Source: a virus
Lineage: Duplodnaviria; Caudoviricetes
Length of the DNA stretch: 64,000 nucleotides
Strand: one strand, 5' to 3'
IMG/VR virus record: IMGVR_UViG_3300021419_000005
Span: 1,380 to 65,379 of that record
In this document: positions 17,789 through 27,911 of the stretch, piece by piece
Position numbering within the stretch: the first letter of the stretch is position 1
How the letters are laid out: the number at the start of each line of letters is the position of its first letter
Program-made: the position numbers and the translations under genes
The notes under the pieces: generated by a model
Databases searched by the model: none
Told to the model about the DNA's origin: nothing
The model's input: the letters and a program-made list of their open reading frames with translations, nothing else

Positions 17789-18870
17789 TACTGCCTCCGT
17801 GTGACGCGCAGGCCAGTGATTGCGTAGGTGGTGCGCCCCGTCCTCGCGGCGATGGCGTAGGCGTTGGCGACGTAGTTGGGAGTGGCGTCCAGCCGGTTGA
17901 CCTGGTCGGAGCCGACGACGTAGGTGTTGGCGCCCCGGGGGACCGGAGTGGGCGCTGTGGACCCGGTGGTGTCCATGACCTCGACGAGCTCGCCAGCCGT
18001 CAGGATGAGCGTGACCACGCGCTCGGTGACCTTCGCCCGGGTGTTGATGGCGTCGGTGCCGGTGCCCGTTCGGGTCTTCCGGTCCTCTTGGGCGCTGTCA
18101 CCAGCATTCTCGGTGACCATCAGCGAGCGAGCGTCCCCCGAGTTGTGGGTGGTGTCGCGAGAGAGGCCACAGATGAAGCCCTCGCCCGACCCGCCGAAGG
18201 AGATGGCGGTGATGTAGAGCTCGACGACGACGATGCCGTGAGCGGCGAACTCGCCGTCCCAGGTCGACGCGAGCCGAGCCACCCAGTCAAAGGCCGCCGC
18301 GGTGGTGGAGGTGCCGCCCACGGTGCCGGACCACACCAGGCCGACGTTCTCGGTCGGGGTGAGCGTGCCGTTGTTGCCCGAGAAGGACGCCACGGTGACC
18401 GTGATGTCGCCCTGCGCCGTCGTGATGACGTGGGCGCCGGACGTGATGCCGGCGCCGGTGGCGACCGTGGTGAAGTCGAACCACAGCAGCTCGACATCGG
18501 AGGCAGCCCCGGCGGGGGCGTCCCGGTCGTAGCCGTAGGTGGCCGTGGCGAGGGTGTTGCCGCCGGAGTCCAGCGCGGCGAGCTGCAGGAAGCCACGGTC
18601 GCCGTCGGCCTGGGTGGTGACCGGGTAGGGCCCGAGGCCGTCCCCCGTGCTCACCCCGAACACAGCCCCGCCGCGCACCTGAGTGTTGAGCAGCTGGTAC
18701 GACGCGATGCGGCCGTCGGGGTCCTCGAAGGCCCCGAAGGTGATGGCGGTGAGCGCCTGGCCCGCCGACTTCGTCTGGGACGCGGGGTCGGGGGCGACGA
18801 CGGCGGCGAGGGTGGCCACCGCCGCAGCGCCGACACCCACCCAGGCGCCCTGGCTGCTCCAGTTGCTCAC
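17788..18870 (-). CDS. Probable virion-associated beta-rich protein (Ig-like N-terminus)
   Basis: Thr/Gly/Ala-rich 360 aa; PASQTKSAGQ...FEDPDG pattern; late operon position. Confidence 0.55.
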   Translation of the reverse strand: MSNWSSQGAWVGVGAAAVATLAAVVAPDPASQTKSAGQALTAITFGAFEDPDGRIASYQLLNTQVRGGAVFGVSTGDGLGPYPVTTQADGDRGFLQLAALDSGGNTLATATYGYDRDAPAGAASDVELLWFDFTTVATGAGITSGAHVITTAQGDITVTVASFSGNNGTLTPTENVGLVWSGTVGGTSTTAAAFDWVARLASTWDGEFAAHGIVVVELYITAISFGGSGEGFICGLSRDTTHNSGDARSLMVTENAGDSAQEDRKTRTGTGTDAINTRAKVTERVVTLILTAGELVEVMDTTGSTAPTPVPRGANTYVVGSDQVNRLDATPNYVANAYAIAARTGRTTYAITGLRVTRRQ

Positions 18871-19253
18871 TCGTCGTGCCCCTCAACCCAGGCGACGCGG
18901 GTCTTGATGGTGCCGGCGGTGTTGTCGGGGTTGCTCCGGCCGTAGATGAAGCCGTCGCGGGCAACGATGTGGACCCGGTCTTGGATGCGGACCGAAGCGC
19001 CCGGCGAGGAGTTGTCCACCAGGTGGTCGATGCCGGTGGTGGCCCACCCACTCGCCACGCCGGTCTCGGGATCGATGGTGGTGGCCGAGCCCGCGGTCTC
19101 GAGCACGCAGTGGAGCAGCGTGAGCGTCGCGAACTTGTGGATGGGGAGCTGCCACTCGTCGCTCGGACCGGTGCCGGTCTCGGTGATGTCGTAGGACACG
19201 TGCCGACGGCCGCCGATGTCCTTGTAGATGGGGTCGGAGTAGTCAACAGGCAT
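18867..19253 (-). CDS. Hypothetical (probable structural) protein
   Basis: GGAG RBS; GTGA overlap with the next gene. Confidence 0.65.
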   Translation of the reverse strand: MPVDYSDPIYKDIGGRRHVSYDITETGTGPSDEWQLPIHKFATLTLLHCVLETAGSATTIDPETGVASGWATTGIDHLVDNSSPGASVRIQDRVHIVARDGFIYGRSNPDNTAGTIKTRVAWVEGHDE

Positions 19254-19481
19254 GAAGTCTCCAGCCGCCCGCGCAACCGGGCGGCCCTACGGCGGGTGAG
19301 CCCAGAGGTGGTCGGGGGATGGAGAAGCGAGGTGGTGGACGGGGTTAGGCGGCTCGCCCTCTCGACGGCGAGCGGCCTGGGCCCCTCGAGATTTCACGTT
19401 CCAGGAAGTCGAGCAGGGTCGCGAGTCGGAGTACTCATCGACAGGATGCGAACGCGCGCATCATCCAGCTGAGGAGGAGCC

Positions 19482-19784
19482 ATGTTCGGTCGAGCATTCT
19501 CGTTGTGTCTGATTGCAGGCTGTGTCCAGCCGAAGGCCATGTCCGATGAGGCCGGAGAGCTTCGGTCCTTCGGCGAGCCCGTCGCTGAGATGGAGATCGA
19601 GCAGGGGTACGTCCAGTTCGTCGACCACGACGGAGTCCCCAACACCGTCCGGCACCTGCGCGGCGACATGACCGTCACGGTGTACGAGCAGTGGATCGCG
19701 GTCCGCATTCCGGAGGACCAGTCCTGGCACCTGATTCCTCGAGAGCGTGTGACCTACGCCGGAACCTGGGACATGGGGCCGTGA
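19482..19784 (+). CDS. Lipoprotein (moron)
   Basis: GAGGAGGAG RBS; lipobox IAGC. Confidence 0.7.
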   Translation: MFGRAFSLCLIAGCVQPKAMSDEAGELRSFGEPVAEMEIEQGYVQFVDHDGVPNTVRHLRGDMTVTVYEQWIAVRIPEDQSWHLIPRERVTYAGTWDMGP

Positions 19785-19892
19785 CGGCTCGCACCCGCTA
19801 CGATGGGGTGACCGGGGGCATGTCCTGAGCATCGCGGGACTGCATCAGCGCCCCGACGGCGTGGCCACAGCCTGATTGCTCTGGAGGGGCGC

Positions 19893-20654
19893 ATGTCCGA
19901 CGACGAGGGACTGTTCGAGTGGTGGATGCTTGGAGCACCCATCGGCGCCCTGGTCGCTCTGTACGGCGCCTTCGCTGTCTTGGTGGGGCTTGAAGTCGTC
20001 GAGAGCCCGTTCCTCGTGGATCCGGCCACCCCAAGGAAGGTTGCCGACCAAGCCAACTCCGAGGAAGACTTCCAAGCAAGCGTCGACGAGGCCTACAACG
20101 CGCTCCACGACGAGTACCGTCAGACCGTGACCGACATCGTCTCGGCCTACAGTTGCCGCGAGGACCGGGTCGAGCAGGCGACCTTCTGCTCACCTTCTGG
20201 AGCCCCCAAGTACACGAACTCGAAGACATCCATCTACAGCTACTTCAGCATCAAGGGCGACCTGGCGGGGGACGTCGACAACCTCCAGGTCTGGCCCGTC
20301 CTGCAGGTTCAGCGCGCGGGCTCAGACTGGGTGTTCTGGGAGAAACTCGTGGTCCGGGCTGGCGACCGGAAGAACGTGTGGGTCCCGCCTGCGCCCCCAC
20401 TACGCGATGTTGGGGGCCAAGTGGCAGAGTGGGTGACTGTTTCGAGTCCAGACCACATCCTGCTCCTGGCCACCATGCTGAGCCGAAGCGATGACGAACC
20501 CGCACCATTGGTCCGCTTCTCAGGAACGAGGGCCGAGGACCTCGAGCTGAGCCCGTGGGAAGAAGCGTCGATCAAAGCCGCATTCACCATTCTGATGACC
20601 GCTCGAAGCCGGTCCGATGTCGAGAAGGACATGCGGAAGGCACGCCGTCGTTGA
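19893..20654 (+). CDS. N-terminally membrane-anchored hypothetical protein (moron)
   Basis: GGAGG RBS; single TM then a soluble domain. Confidence 0.7.
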   Translation: MSDDEGLFEWWMLGAPIGALVALYGAFAVLVGLEVVESPFLVDPATPRKVADQANSEEDFQASVDEAYNALHDEYRQTVTDIVSAYSCREDRVEQATFCSPSGAPKYTNSKTSIYSYFSIKGDLAGDVDNLQVWPVLQVQRAGSDWVFWEKLVVRAGDRKNVWVPPAPPLRDVGGQVAEWVTVSSPDHILLLATMLSRSDDEPAPLVRFSGTRAEDLELSPWEEASIKAAFTILMTARSRSDVEKDMRKARRR

Positions 20655-20740
20655 ACGGTCGCTCCCCGTGCAATAGCCCACCCCCATTGGTCGGAACGTC
20701 TGAGGGGGATTTCTCCCGCTCATCCGTCCAGGAGGTTTGC

Positions 20741-21067
20741 ATGAGGGCACTGGTTGGCGTGGTTCTGGTGGGGATGGTGGGGTGCTCCGAGAACGCCTTC
20801 ATTCACGACCACGAATGCGGCGTGAAGGACGAAGGAATCGAGATTCTCGAAGGCGGGAACCTCAAGTCGGCCGACTACAAGTGGACAGCCGCAGACCTGC
20901 CACGAGACGCTGACGAGCGCGAAGCTCAAGGCTGGTTCACGAACCTGGAGATGGGCGAGGACGAGCTCCCGAGAGCGTGGGAAGCGACCGAGGCCAAGTA
21001 CACGGACGACGGCATCCCCTTCGTCAAGTGCCAACCGAACTTCAGAGTCATGCTCGTCATTCAGTAG
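20741..21067 (+). CDS. Lipoprotein (moron)
   Basis: AGGAGG RBS; MRALVGVVLVGMVGC lipobox. Confidence 0.7.
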   Translation: MRALVGVVLVGMVGCSENAFIHDHECGVKDEGIEILEGGNLKSADYKWTAADLPRDADEREAQGWFTNLEMGEDELPRAWEATEAKYTDDGIPFVKCQPNFRVMLVIQ

Positions 21068-21068
21068 G

Positions 21069-22820
21069 TCACCACTGCATCGCAACAACCGTCGGGAAGC
21101 CGGCCACGGGGGTCCCCGCGCCGACGCCGTTCACAGGCTGGACATGCGCCCACGCGGCCACGTTGGTCGGAGACCCTGTGGCCGCCATCCACACATCGAC
21201 GACCGCCTGACCGCTGCTGTTGGTGTCGACGTACAGCGCATAGCGATGGAAGGCCGACCCGGTCGGCCTCCATGTCCCGGTGAAGCCAGTCACCGTGCCA
21301 GGACTCGCCAGAGACCCCGTCACAACCGAAGGCCGGAACATGTGGACTGAACCCGACTGGGTGAAGATGTCGTGGTCCGGGGCGTTTGCCGTCGCATCGC
21401 TTCCGGGAACGACATCCTCGTAGGTCCCTCCGCCCGGCATGCCGTCCAGCTCCATCACGAAGCGAAGACGGCGGACCCCAGCGAGAGCGTTTCCATCAGC
21501 GTCGACGACCTGAATGGTGGCCCGCTGCGTCCCACTTGAGGGGGTTGAGACCGTTACCTGCGGAATGGCCAGATTGAAGCTCAGCTTCGCCTGGGTGATG
21601 GCGGTGTCCAGCACCTTGGAGGTCCCCACCGCATTCGTCGCGAGGTGGGGGTTCGTCACCGACCCGTTCGCCAGCTCGGTGCCAGTGACCGAGTTCGGTG
21701 CCATCTCAGTCGACGTCACGGCACCCGCGGCAATCTTCGAACCGTCGACCGCGTTGGGCTTGATCTTGTCGCCGGAGACCGCGTTGTCGCGGAGCTGCCC
21801 CTCGCCGATGTACTCGCCGATCTCACGCGTGTCGGTGATGTCGCCCGTGCCGATGGCAGTCGCAGCGGCACCCACGAAGATGTCGGCCAGGCCATACTCA
21901 TCGGCCGCCAGCGAGGGCGCCACAGGGAGCGACGGAGCCGGCGTCCCGTGCTTGATGCCCACCGCGCCGGCCGAGTCGATGTAGACCGTGGCGATGCGCT
22001 GGTTCGTCGCATCGGGGGTCGCTGACAGCAGCTCGGCAATCGGGTGGGTGACGCGGACGCCATCGACGACGGCGTCGCCGGGGGCCACCGAAAGGTCGAG
22101 CGTGCCGGTCGAGGTGACGATGAGCTCGCCGTTCGACCGAGCCGACGCAGACGGGATGACGTGGTCCATCCCCCAGGCCTCGCCAGGCCCCGGGTGCCAT
22201 CCCTGCCCAAGCGTGAGCAGCGGCCGGGCATCCTCGACCAGGACGGTGCCAGTGGACGCGGGAACCCGCACGTAGGCCACGGGAACATGCCCGGTGGGCG
22301 TGGGCGGGCGGACCGGGCTAACCGACGGAGTGCCCTTGGTGACGACCCGGGTGAAGCCCCAGCGCCGCCGCAAGGTCGACGACGTGGTGGAGATGATGCC
22401 CGAGGAGACGTCCTTCACGGTCACGGTCCCCGGCTCATCGGCCTCGACCAGCGGAGCGAGCGACACCAGGTCGTACCGAACCTGGGAGTCGTGCGCGTCG
22501 ACGGAGAAGGTGTCGGCGGCGTCCACCACGATGGGCTTGTAGTGGGGCTCGAACTCGTCGGTCTCGGCCGTGTCGTGCATCAAGCCGACACCGGGGGCGA
22601 GGACCACCTCGAGGTCGGTCGCACCGTTGTCGAGCTGGCACGCGCTCCCGGGGAAGCCAGAGCGCGGTGCATCGGCGACCTCGTCCCACAGCAACTCGGC
22701 CAGGACGTGGAGGAGCTGCTGGGACCCGATGCTGCCGATGTTGTCGATGGCCTCTTCGGTGGCGAGCTCGCCCGAGGTGAAGTTCCGGCGCTTGCCGATG
22801 CGGTCACGAGTGGTGGACAT
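21069..22820 (-). CDS. Tail fibre protein
   Basis: Follows the baseplate genes; 10-aa repeats (NAVxxxKIAx) typical of fibre shafts; AT-richer C-terminal region. Confidence 0.8.
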   Translation of the reverse strand: MSTTRDRIGKRRNFTSGELATEEAIDNIGSIGSQQLLHVLAELLWDEVADAPRSGFPGSACQLDNGATDLEVVLAPGVGLMHDTAETDEFEPHYKPIVVDAADTFSVDAHDSQVRYDLVSLAPLVEADEPGTVTVKDVSSGIISTTSSTLRRRWGFTRVVTKGTPSVSPVRPPTPTGHVPVAYVRVPASTGTVLVEDARPLLTLGQGWHPGPGEAWGMDHVIPSASARSNGELIVTSTGTLDLSVAPGDAVVDGVRVTHPIAELLSATPDATNQRIATVYIDSAGAVGIKHGTPAPSLPVAPSLAADEYGLADIFVGAAATAIGTGDITDTREIGEYIGEGQLRDNAVSGDKIKPNAVDGSKIAAGAVTSTEMAPNSVTGTELANGSVTNPHLATNAVGTSKVLDTAITQAKLSFNLAIPQVTVSTPSSGTQRATIQVVDADGNALAGVRRLRFVMELDGMPGGGTYEDVVPGSDATANAPDHDIFTQSGSVHMFRPSVVTGSLASPGTVTGFTGTWRPTGSAFHRYALYVDTNSSGQAVVDVWMAATGSPTNVAAWAHVQPVNGVGAGTPVAGFPTVVAMQW

Positions 22821-22826
22821 GGGCTC

Positions 22827-23435
22827 TCACAGGCTGGAGTCGATGGCGACGTAGGCGCGGACGCCACACGCCTTGATGCGGTCGACCTCGGTGGCGATGA
22901 GCTCGTAGACGGGATGCTCGTGCACGCCGAGGTACATGTCGTAGTCGAGGTAGGTGGCGCCCAGGAATGCGGCGCCGCCCGGCATCTCGCCGACGAGGGG
23001 GATGAGGAGCAGGAAGCTGTGGGGGCCGCCCGAGATGCGCCCATGGTCGAGGTACCAGTCGTACCCGATGTACGAGGTGGTCTCCCACCACTGGACCATC
23101 TGGGCCTGCTTCGTCGTGTACGCCGACAGGATGGCGTTCACGCGGTCGAGGATGGCGGCCTTGGTGAGCTGGCGCTCGGGGAAACGAACCCGCTCACGGA
23201 GCTGGGCGTCGGTCTCGTTGGTCGCCCGGCGGAGTCCGTACCCACGAGCGAGAAGCGTGAGCCAGCGCCCCGCCGAAGCGCCGACGGTGGCCGAGTCGCG
23301 CATCCCGTCGCGGGAGGCCTCCACCCGAGCCATGACCGCAGCGACACCCGCAAGCAGGGGCCGCAGGCTCTCGCGGTCTTCGGGGGAGACGAACCGCTCG
23401 GCCTGGGCGAGGAGTTGGTCGGTGGTCCGGCCCAT
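22827..23435 (-). CDS. Baseplate wedge protein (gpI-like)
   Basis: ASAGRWLTLLARGYGLRRATNETDAQLRERV; directly after baseplate J. Confidence 0.75.
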   Translation of the reverse strand: MGRTTDQLLAQAERFVSPEDRESLRPLLAGVAAVMARVEASRDGMRDSATVGASAGRWLTLLARGYGLRRATNETDAQLRERVRFPERQLTKAAILDRVNAILSAYTTKQAQMVQWWETTSYIGYDWYLDHGRISGGPHSFLLLIPLVGEMPGGAAFLGATYLDYDMYLGVHEHPVYELIATEVDRIKACGVRAYVAIDSSL

Positions 23436-24556
23436 CAGCTGACCTCGGCGAAGGTGACCTCGAGGCGGGTTGTCGGCACCCGGAGGGCATGGCCAACCGA
23501 GCTCGGAGCGACGTCGGCCGTCGGTGTGGTCACGCGGGCGTAGCGAACATCGCGGTGGGCCCGGATGGCAGCCGAGGAGACGCGCTCGACGATGAGGGAG
23601 TCGCCGGCTTCGCGCTGGCCGTCGAGGTCGGACAGGGCGGCCAGGACCGCGGCCCGGAGGGTGTCCTTGTCGGCCCCGCGCTCCACGAACACGGTGAGCG
23701 CGAGGTCGGTCTCCTCGCGGGTGGCGGCGTAGACCTCGAAGCGCATGCCTGCTGAAAACCACTCGAGCAGTTCGGTCTCCACCAGGCCGACGAGGGTGCT
23801 GTTCGCCCGCCCGTCGATGTCGCCGACGTAGACGCGAACCAGACCCCCATCGGCAGGGTGGGCGAGGGACTCGTCGACGGTCGCGAAGTGGACGCCGGCG
23901 ACTGCGGAGGCTCCCCGGTCCACCGCGCTCCTCGTGCCGCGCCGCAGGGTGGTGTAGTGCTGGCGGGCCTTGTCGCGTAGCGACGCGTCGCTCTCGGCCG
24001 GAGCACCACCCACGAAGCGCTCGGGGATGGACACCGTTGCCGTGGCATCGTCGGCGAGGGCGGAAGCGAATTCGGCCGTCGCCGTCGTCGCGAAATTGCC
24101 CTCGCGGCCTGCCACCGATGCCGTGGCTTCGACGTCGGCGAACGTCTCCGAGGACGGGATGATGGAGTCGGCGTTGACCGTCGCAGCGATGACGCCATCG
24201 TCGGTGTTGACGTGGACGACGGAGCCCGCGGGGATGTTCACCACCGACGGGATCACACTGGAGCCACGGGTCACCCGGAACCGACCGACCGAGAATGTGG
24301 CCGGGTCACGCGAGACCTCCCCGCCGTACCGGTCGAGCACCAGCGCATCGAGGTCGGCTTCGTCGGCGGTGTCGATGAAGAGCGCCGCGAAGTCGTGGGT
24401 GGTGCCGGCCATGACCTCGTCGCCGAGCATGGCCGCGCCGCCCCCAAGGGCATCGAGCCCCGAGCCGTCCTCCCAGTCGGAGAGGTTGGACTGGCGGGCC
24501 TGGACCTCGGTCTTGAACGCCTCGTAGAAGTCGCTGAACGTGGGCCGGGTCGCCAT
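23435..24556 (-). CDS. Baseplate J/gp47 family protein
   Basis: FIDTADEADLD, IPAGSVV, AGREGN and GGAPAESDASLR motifs. Confidence 0.9.
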   Translation of the reverse strand: MATRPTFSDFYEAFKTEVQARQSNLSDWEDGSGLDALGGGAAMLGDEVMAGTTHDFAALFIDTADEADLDALVLDRYGGEVSRDPATFSVGRFRVTRGSSVIPSVVNIPAGSVVHVNTDDGVIAATVNADSIIPSSETFADVEATASVAGREGNFATTATAEFASALADDATATVSIPERFVGGAPAESDASLRDKARQHYTTLRRGTRSAVDRGASAVAGVHFATVDESLAHPADGGLVRVYVGDIDGRANSTLVGLVETELLEWFSAGMRFEVYAATREETDLALTVFVERGADKDTLRAAVLAALSDLDGQREAGDSLIVERVSSAAIRAHRDVRYARVTTPTADVAPSSVGHALRVPTTRLEVTFAEVS

Positions 24557-24558
24557 CG

Positions 24559-24975
24559 CTACTCCGTCACGGCGAGCGTGAGGGTCTGGGTGGAATCGTC
24601 GGGCGACCGAGCGATCTGGTAGTTCATGTCGACGGTCACGCCGTCGGCGAAGGGCTCGTCGGCGACGCCAGCGGACACCGCGACCGCGACGTCGGAGACG
24701 CGTGGGTCCTGGTTCGCCTGCAGGCGGATGCGGGCCGCCAGCTCAGCTCGAGCACCAGGCGAGGAGGACCGCTCGATGTCGGCCGGGAGGCCCGCACCGA
24801 AGTCAGGGCGATGCACGAGCGAGCCGGGGACGGTCATCGTCCGACGTCGCATGGCCTGCGCCACGGACGCCTCTCCGGTCACCAGCTGGAGGTCTCCCGA
24901 GGCGGTCACAGGCAGCGCGGCGCCCCCACCAGGCACACGGATGTCGGTGCCCAGGTTGCGGGACCAGGTGGCCAT
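24559..24975 (-). CDS. GPW/gp25 family baseplate protein
   Basis: GDLQLVTG...TVPGSLVHRPDFGAGL...DPRV. Confidence 0.88.
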   Translation of the reverse strand: MATWSRNLGTDIRVPGGGAALPVTASGDLQLVTGEASVAQAMRRRTMTVPGSLVHRPDFGAGLPADIERSSSPGARAELAARIRLQANQDPRVSDVAVAVSAGVADEPFADGVTVDMNYQIARSPDDSTQTLTLAVTE

Positions 24976-25523
24976 CAGGCCTCCTCGGTGCGGACGATGC
25001 CGCGGTAGCTGGTGCTGATGGCGGCGAGCAGGGAGTCGGTCTGGGGGAGGGACGCCACGCCAAGCCCGAGCAGGGCCGCGCGCATCTCCGAGAGGCTGGA
25101 CTCCAGGTCGCCGAGCAGGCTCGCGGTCACAGTCGGCACGGTGGTGGTGCCCTCAGCGGTCCGGACATCGAGGCCATCGCGGTCCACGATCTGGCGACTG
25201 TCGCCGAGCCACCCTGCCGGGGGCTTCGAGGCTCCGGAGACCGCGCTGGCGATGGCCACGGCGCGGTTGCGGTCGCCGCCGGGCAGGAGGATGAGCACCT
25301 CGGTGTCGACCTCGAGGCGGCCGAAGTCGCCTTCGCCGGGTTGGCCTCCCATCCGGAGCATCGGGCGGGCGAGCAGCTGCTCCCCGGAGGGCACGAGCTG
25401 GCACTCCAGCATCACGCCCACATTGGTGTCGGCCTCCACCTTCGTGACGACCGCCAGCTCCACCCAGGAACGACCGTTCCGGGCGAGCTCGCGGAGGAGG
25501 GTCTCGAGCGCATCGCGGCTCAC
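24975..25523 (-). CDS. Baseplate spike (gpV-like) protein
   Basis: GTG start overlapping the hub stop; EVLILLPGGDRNRAV OB-fold pattern; synteny. Confidence 0.7.
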   Translation of the reverse strand: MSRDALETLLRELARNGRSWVELAVVTKVEADTNVGVMLECQLVPSGEQLLARPMLRMGGQPGEGDFGRLEVDTEVLILLPGGDRNRAVAIASAVSGASKPPAGWLGDSRQIVDRDGLDVRTAEGTTTVPTVTASLLGDLESSLSEMRAALLGLGVASLPQTDSLLAAISTSYRGIVRTEEA

Positions 25524-26803
25524 AGTGCACCCCCACCGCCCACGAGGTTGATGAACTCGACGGTCAGCTGGTAGCCGTCGTCGCGGGTCCACCGATGGCG
25601 GGCGGTGCGGACGTAGAACTCGACGGCGAGGTCGGCGGCCTGCCGGTACTGGGAGACCAGCACCTCGGCGACGTGCCGGGGAAGGCCCGCGACAGCAACG
25701 AGCCGGTCGACGGCCTGGCCCTCGGGCATCCCGTGGATCACAGCGACGAGGTCTTGGGCCCACTCCACAACGATGCGGTGGCCGTTGGCGAGCTGCGGAA
25801 GCACCCCGCCTTCGAAGCTGGCCATCTCGCGGGTCTCCAGCTCTCCCTCGAGCTGCTGGCGGGCCGCGTTCCGGTAGATGCGCTCGGCCAGCTCCGAGAT
25901 CTGCGCCTGGCTGTAGGTCCCCTCCACGTAGAAGGGCGTCACCGGGGCCGTGTCGGTCGACACCTTGCCCTTCGTTGAGATGCGCTTGCGGAGGACGATG
26001 GACTGCTCGGGGTACTTCGCCGTCCGGACCTTCCGGGCAAGCGGGTTCCAGCAGCGGACCTCCACCTGGGTGGTACGCATCTCCTGGTAGTCGCGGGAGA
26101 CCGTGAGGCGGGAGACGTCCCTGCCCCACGCGAAGCTGACCCGCTGGTCGCCGACTTCGCCGGCGGGAACGATGCGGAGGGTGTCGAGCTCGACGACGGC
26201 GACGAGACCAGCACGGCCGACCAGGTCGACCAGCACGGTCCAGGTGTCGTCGTTGGTCTGGGGGACGAAGAGGCGCCGCCCGATGATGCTCTTGAGCACC
26301 ACGCTGCCTGCGCCGCCGACGAACTCGGTGCGCATCTCCTCGGCGCCCGGGGTTGCCTGCAGGATGGCGTCCACAACCTGCGAGAGCGGCACCGAGATGT
26401 CGATGGCGCCGTCGCTCCATCGGCGGTCGAGGAAGAGGGCGGTGTAGTCACGCCCGGCGAGGTCAAGGACCTCGGAGCCCTCGTCGAGCTTCAGCTTGGG
26501 CTGGTCGACGTACCCCATGATGACCGCGTTGGAGCGGTCGTAGGTGAGTGTGCCGGCGGCGCTTCCGACGTCGGCGACAGCAGCCGTGACGAGGATGGAG
26601 CGCGCGGACCGAGGGTCGATGGGCAGGTCTCGCCAGTCGACACCGACACGGAAGGTGTCAGCCTCGCGGGCGTGGTTCCGCACCCACTCCAGCTCGCGCG
26701 GGACCACCTCGACGGTGAGGGTGTCGCTGCCGGAGCCGTCGGCCCAGTCCTCGAGCAGGACGGTGAGCACCACCGAAGCTCGGGGGTAGTAGGCCACGGT
26801 CAT
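25520..26803 (-). CDS. Baseplate hub (gpD/gp27-like) protein
   Basis: LDLAGRDYTALFLD and FYVRTARHRWTRDDGYQLTVE; synteny. Confidence 0.78.
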   Translation of the reverse strand: MTVAYYPRASVVLTVLLEDWADGSGSDTLTVEVVPRELEWVRNHAREADTFRVGVDWRDLPIDPRSARSILVTAAVADVGSAAGTLTYDRSNAVIMGYVDQPKLKLDEGSEVLDLAGRDYTALFLDRRWSDGAIDISVPLSQVVDAILQATPGAEEMRTEFVGGAGSVVLKSIIGRRLFVPQTNDDTWTVLVDLVGRAGLVAVVELDTLRIVPAGEVGDQRVSFAWGRDVSRLTVSRDYQEMRTTQVEVRCWNPLARKVRTAKYPEQSIVLRKRISTKGKVSTDTAPVTPFYVEGTYSQAQISELAERIYRNAARQQLEGELETREMASFEGGVLPQLANGHRIVVEWAQDLVAVIHGMPEGQAVDRLVAVAGLPRHVAEVLVSQYRQAADLAVEFYVRTARHRWTRDDGYQLTVEFINLVGGGGAL

Positions 26804-27300
26804 CTCCGAGCGGGAATCACCAGGACGGTGCCGGCCGCGGGCTGCCCCGGGGACAGACCGTTGGCGTCGGCGAGGTACCGCCACTGCTGCCAGTCACCGA
26901 GGCGCAGTGCGGCGATGGACTGGAGCGTCTCGCCGGAGCGGACGACGTGGACAGCGTGGTCGACGCCGAGCTCCAAGGCTTCTGCGGTCTGGTCGGCTTC
27001 GGCCGCCTGCCTTGCGACCAGGCCGAGGGCTTGGCGGACCCGGGCGAGCCAGATCCAAAGCCGCACGGTGTCGGCGGCGTCGGTGCCGGCGAGCAGGTCG
27101 TCGACGTCGAGCGGGTCGATGATGGCCCGCAGGTCGGCACGGTCCGAGAGCACGCCCGACAGGGTCGCCCGGATGTGGCGGAGGTCCTGGGCGGTGTGCG
27201 TGCCCTCGCGAAGGGACGTCGACAGCCGGGACGCCAAGGCGCCGAGCGTGGTGCCGATGTCGGTCGCGGCGTCGTTGATGGTGTGGACGGTCGTGGTCAT
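26800..27300 (-). CDS. LysM-domain tail protein (gpX-like)
   Basis: HVVRSGETLQSIAALRLGDWQQWRYLADANGL...GTVLVIP. Confidence 0.85.
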   Translation of the reverse strand: MTTTVHTINDAATDIGTTLGALASRLSTSLREGTHTAQDLRHIRATLSGVLSDRADLRAIIDPLDVDDLLAGTDAADTVRLWIWLARVRQALGLVARQAAEADQTAEALELGVDHAVHVVRSGETLQSIAALRLGDWQQWRYLADANGLSPGQPAAGTVLVIPARR

Positions 27301-27902
27301 CCGAGCACCGCCCGAGCGCTGTTGGACAACGCGGTGGCCGCGAGCAGTTCATCATCCAGTGAGCCCAGCAGGTCGAGTATGGAGGCCATGGACGACGACG
27401 ACGGCGTCGACGGCATCGCCCGAGAAGCGACGGTGTCGGCCTCGGACTCGACCACCAGGAAGCGGGCCCGCCACCGAAGCTCGGCCTCGGTCTCCCACTC
27501 CGGAGAGAACTCCTCGAGGAGACCGCGAACCACGAGGGCGTCTCCCCAGGTCAGCTCGACGATGTTCTGGGCCCGGACCAGCGCTTCGAACTGGGCGGCG
27601 AGCTCGCGCGCCCCGCCCCCACGGCCGAGGTGCTGGTCGCGCCACTCCCCCGACATCTCGATGGGCTGGTCTTCGGTCCCCATGACCTGGAGAGAGCCCT
27701 TGGAGGCGCCTGGATAGCGGCTCACACTGGCCCGCTGGCGGACACCAGCCCGTAGCCCCCTCTCGGGGAGGGCCGCTCCCTCGAGCACAACGGAGAGGCC
27801 GGAGGAGAGGTCTCGGAGCACCATGGGCTGGTCGAAGCGGACCGGCGACGCCGACGCCTCCGACTCGATGGACGTGAGAGTGCGCGACAGGTCAAAGGAC
27901 AT
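27297..27902 (-). CDS. Tail tube initiator (gpU-like)
   Basis: Position after the tape measure; LQVMG...IEMSGEW and VELTWG pattern. Confidence 0.65.
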   Translation of the reverse strand: MSFDLSRTLTSIESEASASPVRFDQPMVLRDLSSGLSVVLEGAALPERGLRAGVRQRASVSRYPGASKGSLQVMGTEDQPIEMSGEWRDQHLGRGGGARELAAQFEALVRAQNIVELTWGDALVVRGLLEEFSPEWETEAELRWRARFLVVESEADTVASRAMPSTPSSSSMASILDLLGSLDDELLAATALSNSARAVLG

Positions 27903-27911
27903 GCAGCGCTC

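Noticed and set aside
21069-21500. Possible DGR or invertible tail-fibre tip
   Set aside because: I saw no reverse transcriptase, invertase, template repeat or flanking inverted repeats.
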